Shown: positions 14,229 through 25,343 of the stretch, piece after piece | Layout of the letters: each line of letters opens with the position of its first letter | Numbering within the stretch: the stretch's first letter is position 1 | NCBI GenBank assembly: GCA_013265495.1 | Contig: MU058844.1 | Span: 9,134,184 to 9,198,183 of the forward strand | Direction of reading: 5' to 3' | DNA: 64,000 nt | From: Vicugna vicugna | Lineage: Eukaryota | Made by a program: the position numbers and the translations under genes | The notes under the pieces: model-generated | What the model was told of the DNA's origin: nothing | Seen by the model: the letters and a program-made list of their open reading frames with translations, nothing else | Databases searched by the model: none

Positions 14229-14848
14229 CATTTGCACTGATAGTTAATTTTCCCCTAGAGATATGTGTTCATTGAGTTTTCTCAATTCTTTTTTAATTGG
14301 AATATATGATATATGTAACAAGAGAAATGTAAGTCGATCAATTTATTTGCAACTATGATTCAAATTTACTTCTTTTTTTGTCTTTGCCTTCTCTTTTAAT
14401 CATTCAGTTACTCTTACTTATGTGTAAAGATAAGGATACTGATGATATTTGTTATCCTTATTTGAAGATTCCTTTGCAGTTTGGAAATACAGTCACCAAT
14501 TTTATGGTTTGCAACTCTGCCCATAATTGTATTCACCTCTAATGTGTAATGAGCTAATTTATCTGCCACTTCTTTTCTAAGAATACCAATTCTACAGTGG
14601 GCAGTTTCAAAATGTACTCCATTGCATCTCAGAGATAGAAAGCTTTCAGCTAACCCAAGACGTAAGAAGAATTCTGACAGATAAGTTGAGAAAAATGAAA
14701 TCTTGCATCCCTTCCATGAAAAGAAAGGAATGAATATTTACCTCAAGAAAGCAATAGTTTTTTTAACATCTTACTATTTTATTTAAATAACAAGACAGTA
14801 TATAAATTGAGAATCTGATTTGATTTTTTTAAATAATTTTAATTGTAG

Positions 14849-14995
14849 GCCATGGCACAGAAGGAAGATATGGAAGAAAGAATCACGACCCTTGAGAAGC
14901 GTTACCTCAGTGCTCAGAGAGAATCTACCTCCATACATGACATGAATGATAAGCTGGAAAATGAGTTAGCAAATAAAGAGGCCATTCTACGGCAG
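14849..14995 (+). CDS. PPFIA2: Liprin-alpha-2 coding exon ([20 protein letters not shown]...EAILRQ), 147 nt, phase 0-0
   Basis: ttgtag acceptor; CAG|gttcag donor; conserved liprin-alpha coiled-coil peptide. Confidence 0.96.
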
Positions 14996-15168
14996 GTTCA
15001 GTATCTCTGTCTTGGTTTTGTTCTGGTTCATGTGTGTATTCTCACAATTCTCATAAAACTTGAAATAAATAAAATATGGTATTTCTTGGCAATCAATCAT
15101 TGTCTAAAATTTAGAATTGAGGTAACTGAATAGATGTGATTTTCAATATGTAATCTAGAAATCTGGCT

Positions 15169-15269
15169 TAATAATAATGAAAATAATGACTAGTATTTGC
15201 TTTGGCTCTAGACATGAAAAAAATGTCTAGATCCAAAGTAAGTACTAGTCATTATTTTTATTATTATTA
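15169..15269. repeat. 47-bp inverted repeat with 7-nt loop
   Basis: 15169-15215 pairs with 15223-15269, with 43 of 47 Watson-Crick pairs. Confidence 0.92.
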
Positions 15270-15289
15270 TTATTTCTTATTATTAACCA

Positions 15290-15462
15290 GAAAGTGTGCT
15301 AGACAGTTTAAATGTATTACCTCACTTAAACCCAATCACCACCCATGAAGTAAAGTTATTGTACTGAGGAAACTAAAGTTCAGAGACATGAATACTTTAC
15401 CAAGGTCACACATATAGTACTTGCCAGAGTCAATAATGGAAGCCCAAGTCTATTCAGATCTA
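15290..15462 (-). mobile_element. MIR SINE fragment
   Basis: MIR core motifs tgaggaaactaaagttcagaga...ccaaggtcacacat. Confidence 0.65.
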
Positions 15463-15680
15463 GAGCGGGAGTAGGCAAACTATGGCCCATGTGCCAAAAC
15501 TATGGCTCTGCTTTATGAATAAAGTTTTATTTTAACATAGTCATACCCATTCATTTAATCATTGTCTGTGACTGCTTTTGTGTTACAACAGTAGAACTGA
15601 TTAGTTGGAGTAAAGACTATGATATACAAAATCTAAAATATTTACTCTCTGGCCTTTCACAAAAAACACTTGCCAACTTA
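15463..15680. mobile_element. MER58A-like hAT DNA transposon
   Basis: ggcaaactatggccca...aataaagttttat...aaaatatttactctctggcctttcacaaaaa...ttgccaac. Confidence 0.7.
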
Positions 15681-16034
15681 ATCATTGGAGCCTAGACTCT
15701 CAATCATTATGCTATATTCCTTCCCCTACTCTAATTAGTGCTATGATTTTCAGTATATTGGTATCATGTTGCATCTGAAGTCTTATTCCATGTATCCAAG
15801 TTAACACTCACTATTAACTTCTTTTTTCTGCCATAGGTGAAATGTTTCTTTTAATGTGCTGAATTTTATTAAGGGTTATGTATAAGTAAAAATATATGAA
15901 AACACGAGAACAATCATCTCTGCACAGTAGGCATGATAGTAGTAGCTGATTTTAAGTCTAGGATAGTAGCTAATGCCCACAGCCCCTAGTGCCTGGTGAC
16001 AATTTAAGTGGCTCTTTTTCCATCCCTATTTCAG

Positions 16035-16169
16035 ATGGAAGAGAAGAACAGACAGTTACAAGAGCGTCTTGAGCTGGCTGAACAAAAGTTGCAGCAGACT
16101 ATGAGAAAAGCTGAGACCTTACCTGAAGTAGAGGCTGAACTGGCTCAGAGAATTGCAGCCCTGACAAAG
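16035..16169 (+). CDS. PPFIA2: Liprin-alpha-2 coding exon ([21 protein letters not shown]...IAALTK), 135 nt, phase 0-0
   Basis: tttcag acceptor; AAG|gtactg donor; manual translation continues the frame. Confidence 0.96.
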
Positions 16170-19100
16170 GTACTGCAATAAAACAATTGGTCAGCCTAGA
16201 TATACTTATAGAAATAACTAGTAATCAAAATGGAATCTACATTTTCTTTAGACTTTATGAAAATTAATTTTATTAAATCTTATTATATTGGTCTGTTATT
16301 TACATGAATTTTTTATATCACACATATGATGAATGATAGATAAATGTGATGATCTCTTTGCCTATCTAAACATTAATAAAAATAAACCATATTTCATGTC
16401 TCTATAGTTAATTTTCCATGGTAATATTTGCACGTAAGAATAATCACCAAATATAAACACATGATTATATTCAATATAGATATACTTAAGACATAATAAT
16501 TTAGTAGGCTTAACTTACATTGTAGTGTATTAGAAATGTAGGCTATATCATAAGCAGTTGATTCCTTTTTAACTGTAACATGAAAAAATTTGTTAGAAAT
16601 TGGAAGTTAGACCTGTAGAAGTCTAAAGTGCAAAGCCAATAAATAGTCAGAAAGTGGCTTTAATAGTTGCAGTTTCTTCTGAACCGGTTAAAATCAATAA
16701 TAATCTGAAGAATGTTCAAAATTATCTGCTGTTATGGCCTTTAGATTCTGCAGTTATCTGCATATTTTAGAATTTTGCAACCATTGTAATGTAAAAAATG
16801 TTCTTAATTTTCACGGTCAAATGGAAATGTCATTACTTCAAAGTGTATATGCATGTCACTAGAATTAAAGTCCAGATTCTGTCACTAAAACATGTTTGAC
16901 ATTTAATATCAATTAAAAAGTGTGCACTCTTAACTAGATGTTCACACAGTCATTACTGTGTGCTATTTTCCACACCACTGCAGTAAATGGGTCAGATAGA
17001 TATGTGAACTTCAAGTTATAAATTCTGTCATTAAAGAGTATCCAAAACAATGGATGCAGCTAAATAAAAGTAGGTATACATAGTTGCTTCTCAGAAAAAG
17101 TAAATAATTAAAGAGGAACAGTAGACTGATGCCTGTTGGTTAAAATAAGGTAGTTAATCAGGTAGTGAAAAGAAAAACAGTTGACAAAGTAGGAAGCTTT
17201 GAAACAGTTGATTGTCTATAGATTATTGGACTAACTAGCTGAATAAAACAGTCTGATTAGGGTGACATTACAATCTGGATCCTTCTATAGTCACAGATCG
17301 TGGCATAAACTGCTCTGGCAATTTCAAAAATGTGTGATTTTGAAGATAAAGATAAAATTATCATTTAATTTGAGAAATATTCTAGAAATTATATAAAAGT
17401 GCGAATATATTAGTAGTATTCTATTTTCTTGCAAATACATTTTAAATTACTGTAATATGGATTAAGATGGGTACACTTAGGCTTTATATCTGAGGAACAT
17501 AAAATACTTTTCTATAAAGAGTTATTGAATTATTTTAGGGGGACTTAGGCAAGTGGCTAGATAATAAAATTAATTTTTGTAATATTTAAGTGTAAAATGG
17601 CCATCAATATTGTCATGAGTGAAATACAAGAAAGTCTGGGATCTCTACTCCCAAAACAGAAATTAAAATTCAGCAAAAAATTGCCCCAAATTAACCTCTG
17701 ATGGATTGAGTATAAAACATATTTTAAAATATAATACATGATGTATGAGGCTTTAAATGAAATATTCCTAAGTATCCTTAATTTAGAATATAACAAAAAA
17801 AGCTTGAAATAGGTTCTCATCTGTTTTGCTCTCCATTTTATGCTCTTGAGATCTTATTTTGATATATATATTCACTTATGCATCCAAAATAATTTCTTCA
17901 GTTTACTACTACCTAATAATATTTTCCTAAAATTACACTTCTCATAGACTTTTTGCTTTCCTCATTTGTTGGCAGTTTTATCCTTCTTAAAAAGTGTCAA
18001 AACTGCTAGAATTCACTCTGCTTGTCCTTTTTACTGCTTTCTCTTCTGACTGGCTCTGTGTCAACAACTCTACTTCAGATAATACAGCTTCTATGTTATT
18101 GTCATTTAATTCACAGTACACACTCTTCTGGTGCCGAGATTTTATTCTCAATGTACTCCTGCTTGTAACATTTTATAACATGTGAAGATTAGTCTTTCAT
18201 TTGTTCTTCCAAGTTTTAATGTTAAGATGATTTTGACCATTTTCTATCTCCTGTTCTCAAGATCTTTAGGGCCTAATTCCAGAACCTGCTTTATTATTTA
18301 CTGCTTCAAATTCAATTTGTTTTTAATATCTCACTATTATTGATCTTCATAGTCTTTCTGTTTCTTAATATTTTTGACTACTAATTTATGATTTATGCTT
18401 AATTTAAACCTAGGCTCCCTTCTCCTGTATTTCGAATGGTATTGTTAACAATCCCTCATGTATTTTATTTAGCCTATATGTATTATTTTCTACTTTTATT
18501 ATCTGCTACCTATTTTTTTTCTTCTCGTTGGACTTCCTCTCTTTAATTTTAATTTATTCTCCATTTCCAAACATATTCACACTTTTCTCAAAATCATTTC
18601 TGCCTGTAATTTCTTCTAAATCTTTGGCTTGTTTGAAAATCGCCTTGTTACATTAAAGGGTGAAACCGGGATAAGCCCTGTACCCCATCAAGGAATACCA
18701 AGTGGTCTTGGGTGACTCTTGTATTTATACCACTTGCTTCAATCGCAGTCTTCATAAGGTTAAGATGGATATCAATCAATAGTAGTTGCAGATTTATCCC
18801 AAGTTTGTTTAGAGATGATGTCTGAATTTATTCTTTGATTGCGAAGATTGTCTTTTTCTTCTTCTAGTATGTTTGTGTGTGTGTGTGTGTGTGCACACGT
18901 GCTTGTGTGTAGATAGGTGAGTAAAATAGCCCATTTGAGGCTTTTAGAAAGTTAGAAGTATTGAATAATGGCTAGGGATAAAACTAAAAATTTGGCTTTG
19001 TTGAGTGTATACACAACTAATAAAGATTTTGGGCTCCCAATCTTATGATTTATGATGTTTGCCTCTTCAGTTAAAATGCATATTCCCTCTGCAAGGACTT

Positions 19101-20173
19101 AATTCATCTTGAATTCCATAAGGTATTTCATTTATTTTTAGTACCAATAGAAATTATCAACAATAACATAGTGACTTAAACATGACGGAATTCTTATTTA
19201 GTCTCTGAAGTGAACTTTCACAATGTCTGGGTGTTTTCAGTAGCTCAGCTGGAATAATTTTAAGGATCTTTGAAGGATCTGCTGACTTTACTTGTATACT
19301 TGAAGTAACAGGCTTTGGAAATTGAGATGTTCATGCCTTAGCTACCTTGAATCAGTTACCTGATTAATTTTCATAACACTCACGGCTTGTTAAAATGAAC
19401 TTTTGAGAGATTATAGATACCTTTATCAATTTAAAATGCATAATTTCAGCAATATTTTGACCCATTTAACTGTATCCTTAGTTGAATTTTAGGTTTTAAG
19501 TAATATAAAATTATTTTGTGGCATTTGGGGATGTTGGTAGCGTTCTATGTTGCTTCTACACATTTAGGGAAAGAAATTGGTTATTAGGGAAAGAAATAGC
19601 AGAAATGATTTCTGTTATTTCTGCATTATCTTCCCAGTTTATGAAATAAGAATACCAGAAGAAAAATCTTACAAAATGTAAATGTTGGGTTATAATTTGC
19701 ATAAACACACCAATTAAATATTAAATATTTTATTGACTAAATTGGAATTTGTTGCATAGAATAGTACATATGCATATGAACCAACACATGAATAGGTTAC
19801 TGTTTCTTTTCAGGTACTGCATCACATATTTATATATAGTCCTATATTTGCATAAAGTAAGTTTCACTGTTTTAGAATAAACTTATAAAATATGATAGAA
19901 TATGCTCTGGAGTTAAACTTTGTCATCTAGATAAAGGTTATTTTCACTGTTGTAATTATTTAACTTGTAATTATGATTAAAATGTTGATGTAACTTTACA
20001 TGTAATGTGTGCATAACGTACTAATACAATTCAGCTATCAGCAATGTCACATGTGTTGAACACTCTGCATCTGTGGTAACTGACCGTCACCTCCCAGACA
20101 TGTAACTAACCTTGGCACTGGGCAGTCACTCACAAAGGCACTGTGCTGCCTGTTTATTTTAGGGCACTATTTT

Positions 20174-20187
20174 GTCTCCATAGCAAC
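20174..20187. promoter_or_regulatory. RFX X-box-like motif GTCTCCATAGCAAC
   Basis: Full match to the 14-bp X-box consensus RTHNYYWTRRNRAC; function not shown. Confidence 0.45.
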
Positions 20188-21005
20188 AATCAGTGCACAA
20201 CAGTTTTGGAGTGCTCCCTAGTGTCACTCAGGAGGGTTCACAAATAGATTCTTGTTCTCATAGCGTTATTGCCACCTTGATAGTTTGAGGGCTTTTAATC
20301 ATTTTCATTTAAAATTTTGAATTAAGATTGTATCCGAGAATAGGCGCTGAGGTTCTAGACCTACAGCCATAAAGTGTATTCCGAGACCAGAAGTCATTTT
20401 GTAAGTTTGCCCCTGTTGCTGAGGAAACTCAATCCTGCTGGAATTGGAGAATACTCGTAATAACCCCGTCACTTAGCTCTTTCTCTGATTTCTACAGAGT
20501 TGGGTTTGTAATGAATTTTGTTCCAAATTTATTTCACCTGAGTCCTTGCTTTAGTCTACTTACCTCAACATTGAGGTACATTTTCCCCATGATTTGTAAG
20601 TAATACGGTAAAAAACAAGTGAACCAAAATACAAAGCTTTAAACAATCTGTCAGAGACATATTCTAGTGTTTGGTTTCCCATAATTCCAGTTATTACATG
20701 ACTCTTTCAGAGTTGCTTTAATTCATTTGTAGTAGTCTTTCATCGCCAGCCATTACTAACCTTCCATACCTTAGGTTGGTAGCTTTTTATTTGAGCATAC
20801 CATTGTTTTTCCACTTATTACCATCAACTGCATCATGTTCACCAGGTATCAGTGTAGTTCTTTCTACATAAAATTCTGTCTATTAAAGTATTAAATTTGC
20901 TGTCACACTTTTCTTTTAAGCATTCTGTGCTATGTTCTGTTCAGTGTCAGTGTCTTTAGTTCTGATTTTTCAATTTTGTCCCTCTCCTTTTCCTTGACTT
21001 GTTAG

Positions 21006-21092
21006 TCTGATCCAACTTCTTCTACCTCATCTGATGATTATCAATATGTTATGGAAGCTAAACTACAAGAAATGATCTCCATACGTAGGAAG
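21006..21092 (+). CDS. PPFIA2: Candidate alternative cassette exon (SDPTSSTSSDDYQYVMEAKLQEMISIRRK), 87 nt, phase 0-0
   Basis: Long pyrimidine tract plus ttgttag acceptor; AAG|gtagtc donor; 29 open codons in frame between ...ALTK and AEERH... Confidence 0.72.
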
Positions 21093-21519
21093 GTAGTCCT
21101 ACTGGACTTTACTTTCTATTGCTAAATAGAATTCATCTAAGTTTTTTCTTTTCATTTATAAAAATTATGTTACTTTTATTTATTGATAATCGACCATCTG
21201 TGCAGTTCAGTGCTTCAGAAGCTTAAGATTGGACAATGGCAGGTTTGTGTTCAAACCATGCACAGTCTGCATGTTACATTTGGCTGATTTCATTGCTCAT
21301 AAATAACTCCAGTGTTTTGCTGATGCTTGGATGTAACAGGCCTTTGTAGCTGACACATTTCAAGCAATGCTGTTCAGCTGCCTGTTTAAAGAAAGTTTAT
21401 TTTTGAAAACTACATTTGCGGTTGGTAGTAGCTTGCTTTACATTTTATTTCAGTTTATTTAGAGGAAAAGTGTTAACCATATCTTACATGTCAGGTGCAT
21501 TCTTCATATTTCTTAACAG

Positions 21520-21603
21520 GCTGAAGAGAGACATGGAAACATTGAAGAACGTATGAGACATCTTGAAGGTCAACTTGAAGAGAAAAATCAAGAACTTCAA
21601 AGA
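21520..21603 (+). CDS. PPFIA2: Liprin-alpha-2 coding exon ([28 protein letters not shown]), 84 nt, phase 0-0
   Basis: taacag acceptor; AGA|gtatgt donor. Confidence 0.96.
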
Positions 21604-21683
21604 GTATGTATATTAAGAACCATCCATCTCAAGCATCAATTTATGCATTTATATTCTACACATAAGAAATGAATATCTTTCTT

Positions 21684-21845
21684 TTTTAATCAATTTTTAA
21701 TATACAGTGGCTAACATTTGTAAATCTCAAACCCCCAAATTTATCCCTTCCGACCCCTTTTCCCCCAGTGACAATAAGATTGTTTACTATGTCTGCGAAT
21801 CTGTTTCTGTTTTGTAGATGAGTTCATAATGTCCTTTTTTTCTTT
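21684..21845 (-). mobile_element. Short L1 3' UTR-derived insertion with ~12-bp TSD
   Basis: aatatctttctt (21672-21683) and aacatctttctt (21846-21857); homologous to the L1 3' UTR at 4500-4890. Confidence 0.75.
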
Positions 21846-22043
21846 AACATCTTTCTTGATTATGCATTATATTGAAAATGTTATGGATACTCCCTGTGCA
21901 TTTAAAAAAGAAGTTTTTGCCAATTTAATCAAAACAGACAAAATTAAATCCAACTTTAAACTAGGAAAAACATAAAAACAAAGCCAAATACTTTTAAAAA
22001 TGATTTTTATGTTCTATTTATTTATTTATGTTTTGAACGTAAG

Positions 22044-22175
22044 GCTAGGCAAAGAGAGAAAATGAATGAGGAGCACAACAAAAGACTATCCGATACTGTG
22101 GACAGACTTCTGACCGAATCCAATGAACGCTTACAGCTACATCTAAAGGAACGAATGGCTGCTCTGGAAGAGAAG
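22044..22175 (+). CDS. PPFIA2: Liprin-alpha-2 coding exon ([23 protein letters not shown]...ALEEK), 132 nt, phase 0-0
   Basis: cgtaag acceptor; AAG|gtaaaa donor; highly conserved liprin-alpha peptide. Confidence 0.95.
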
Positions 22176-23610
22176 GTAAAATGATGGGAAAGCAGCATCA
22201 CGTGATCATTAGCCATGTCCTTAGTGATATGTTTGTTTTATGCTCAGCTGCAATCAACGTATTGGTCAGATGATCCATTTACTTTCTTTAGTTTTAAAAA
22301 AAACCTGATTTAGTCTTAAAAGTGAAAAAATGAACAAATAGTTTCTGTAACAACATGTAAGATCAATTTTTAAGTGAATAAAAATGTTACATAGTATATA
22401 AATCTTGCACATTAGCATGATAACAAGATAAATGTGTTAAAATGTGGCATACTTTTATGATAAAAATATTTTGTTTATATCTCTCACCTGTTATGCAGAA
22501 AAAGAAGAGCAAGATAAAAATTAGTGTTTTGGAGAGTGTGGGGAGGCTTGCTTTGAGCCATTCAAATGTTTCAAGTAACTGAATCTGCTACTAGTCTAAA
22601 AGCCAAAATGCGAGGGAGTTTATATCACCAATAGAACTAGTGTCAATCCCACCACAGAGTTTAAGAATGTAGTACTTTCAGCTAAACTGTTTCCTAAACA
22701 GTACTTCTGGGTAGTCTGCAGTTTCATTCACAATTACGTATGTCTCACTGATAGCTGGTGACTACCAGACTAGCAAGAGTTATGTGAGCTGCTTGCCAAT
22801 TTCAAAGTATAGTAGAAAATTAGGGACTAAAACCCCGGTGAACAAATCATTTTGGAAATTTAGACTGAATGCCAATCACTGCTTAAGCTAGACATTGCCC
22901 CCTGCTCCACAGGAAAAATCAAAATAGAAAAAAATGTTTCATTGAAATGTCAAAGTAGTTTGATTAATTTACCCACTAAGATGTCACATGGCATGCCTTC
23001 TTCCCCATTCAACTCCAAATACATGCCAATTACTACTACACTCTGAAGTTTAATTTTACCCTAAAAATTTGAAAAGCATTCATTATTTTAAATCATGCTT
23101 TGTTGTACTCTAAGAAAAGTATGAAACATTTTCCACAGAGATACTTCCATGGCAAGGATTTTAAAAAATACTTATGATGCAAGTTATTTCCACATCATGA
23201 CATGTAACATTAGTTTTTTAAATAGCTAAAATTTTATTTTTATTTCTCTAATAATTTAACCATTATTAGAAATCACTAATTTTGTATTTGAAATAAAAGT
23301 CCAGAAATTGAACTTTTTAAAAATATAATCTTATAATTTCTTCTTTCTTCAGATAATAAAAATGAATTCATCTGAATTCTTTCTCTATGACAGCTTTGAA
23401 TAACATTTTGCTTTTTGCTCACTTTTTCTCATTTGAAAAGTAACCTAATTATTTCAAATTTAAAAAGACTGGGAAGAGGCAGACAGAAATAGCTTAAAAG
23501 TTAGTATTTATCTTATTTGTCAATCCAAGTGTTTACAAAATAACATTTCCCATTTAAGTTATGTGTTTCTCAAAATGTTAAGGTGTCTTATTTAAAGATT
23601 GCATTGAAAC

Positions 23611-23630
23611 TTGGTTTCCATGGAAACCAA
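23611..23630. promoter_or_regulatory. 20-bp perfect palindrome with X-box core GTTTCCATGGAAAC
   Basis: TTGGTTTCCATGGAAACCAA is its own reverse complement; the regulatory role is inferred. Confidence 0.5.
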
Positions 23631-23750
23631 AATATAGATGCACCAAGGCAGGAAACAAAGAAGATTCCTGAGTGATAAAACTTAATGTATGCATATAATT
23701 ATTTTCTGTTTAATTTATTAATTATTTCTCTGGTTTGTTCTTTTCCATAG

Positions 23751-23813
23751 AATGTTTTAATTCAAGAATCAGAAACTTTCAGAAAGAATCTGGAAGAATC
23801 TTTACATGATAAG
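23751..23813 (+). CDS. PPFIA2: Liprin-alpha-2 coding exon (NVLIQESETFRKNLEESLHDK), 63 nt, phase 0-0
   Basis: ttttccatag acceptor; AAG|gtatta donor. Confidence 0.93.
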
Positions 23814-25134
23814 GTATTATGGAAGCTTATATTTTCCCCACTTTTCGATTTCACAGTGGTGAATGTTTTGTTGTAAAACAAACTTGATAAGAAATAATTT
23901 TAGGATGTTATCATTTAAAAATATTTTAACTTTTGTATTATACATACAGAAAAGTGTACATACATAGGGAGAGTTTGACGAAATTTTACAAACCAAACAC
24001 ACTAAAAATTAGTATCCTGGGATTCCCCCTTTTTGTTAGCATATAATCACTACACTTATCCTAAAGGATAATCACTATCTTGACTTCTAACAGAAAAAAA
24101 AAATAATTTTGACTTTTTTTGTGCTATATTAAAGTGGAATAAAATTGTATGTACTGTAGTTTGACATATTTTAACAGAAATGTATTTAAAACCTACTATG
24201 TATTAGAATTGTGCTATTTATTTGTGAACATGATTTTAGTTCTAAAGTATCTAAAAAATTGAATTGAGGAAAGAATTTGACACATCTGACAAAGCAATGA
24301 GTTGCAGAGTAGCAGATGCCAAGTGTTAAATGAGTGAAGTAGACAGTAAGAATTAGAGGTAGTACAGATAACCATATATTGCTGTTATAAAGAAGGCTTC
24401 AGAAAGCTTTAAGGAAAGGTAAGGCTTTTGTAAGCCTTTCAGATACAATGCATGTGCCATGATCACAGCTGCTTGGAGTGGGGAGGGAGTGAGTAGTGAG
24501 TTTGATATCTTAAATAATAATGGACATAACATTTTAGCTGCAATCAGTTATTCTTAGTGTAGGATATGTGATAGAATAGGCAGATAAGGACCAGATTATG
24601 AAATATTAAAAGCTGTAATTGCTAATGTCATTTCCTCCTTTCTTAGCATGTAAAATTCTTGTTAGCAATTTTGTGATTTCGTTTTGCTCAGCATAGATAA
24701 ATGAAATAATATACAATCACTAACTTAAGTGACATAAATGTGTATTGAACAAATAATGGAAGGAATAGAAATGAAAAAGGGAGGGAGAGAGGGAGTAATA
24801 GAAGGAAGGAAGGGAGTGAAGGAGGGAGGGAGGGAGAGAGATCTGGCAACAGTATGGTGTATGGAAGGTACTGGAAAAGATGAGAGAATAAAGAAAAGAA
24901 AGAACAATTGTGCATTTAACCCTATTGAATGATATATATTTTGATGATAATTTTTAAAATAACTATTTAGTCCCATCGTCAGGGTGTACACATCCTTATC
25001 CTCTGAAAGATAGTACTACTAGAGAACACAATATAGCACTTAGAATATAGCATCTAATTCTTTCTGACATAGTTCAGAAAGTCTACATGAAGAAGAAGAC
25101 ATTTTATCAGTCTCTTGAAGGCACATAGGATCTT

Positions 25135-25343
25135 TTTTTCCCATTTTTTTTTATTGAAGTATAGTCAGTTTACAATGTTATGTCAGTTTCTGGTGTACAA
25201 CTTGATACCAACTACTGTATACAAAATAGATAAACAACAAATTTATACCATATAACACAAGGAACTATATTCAATATCTTGTAGTAACCTATAATGAAAA
25301 AGAACATGAAAAGGAATATGTGTATACGTACGTATGACTGACA
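25135..25343. mobile_element. Short L1 3' end with inversion and 13-bp TSD
   Basis: CACATAGGATCTT at 25122-25134 and 25344-25356; minus-strand tail segment followed by a plus-strand 3' UTR segment. Confidence 0.82.
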
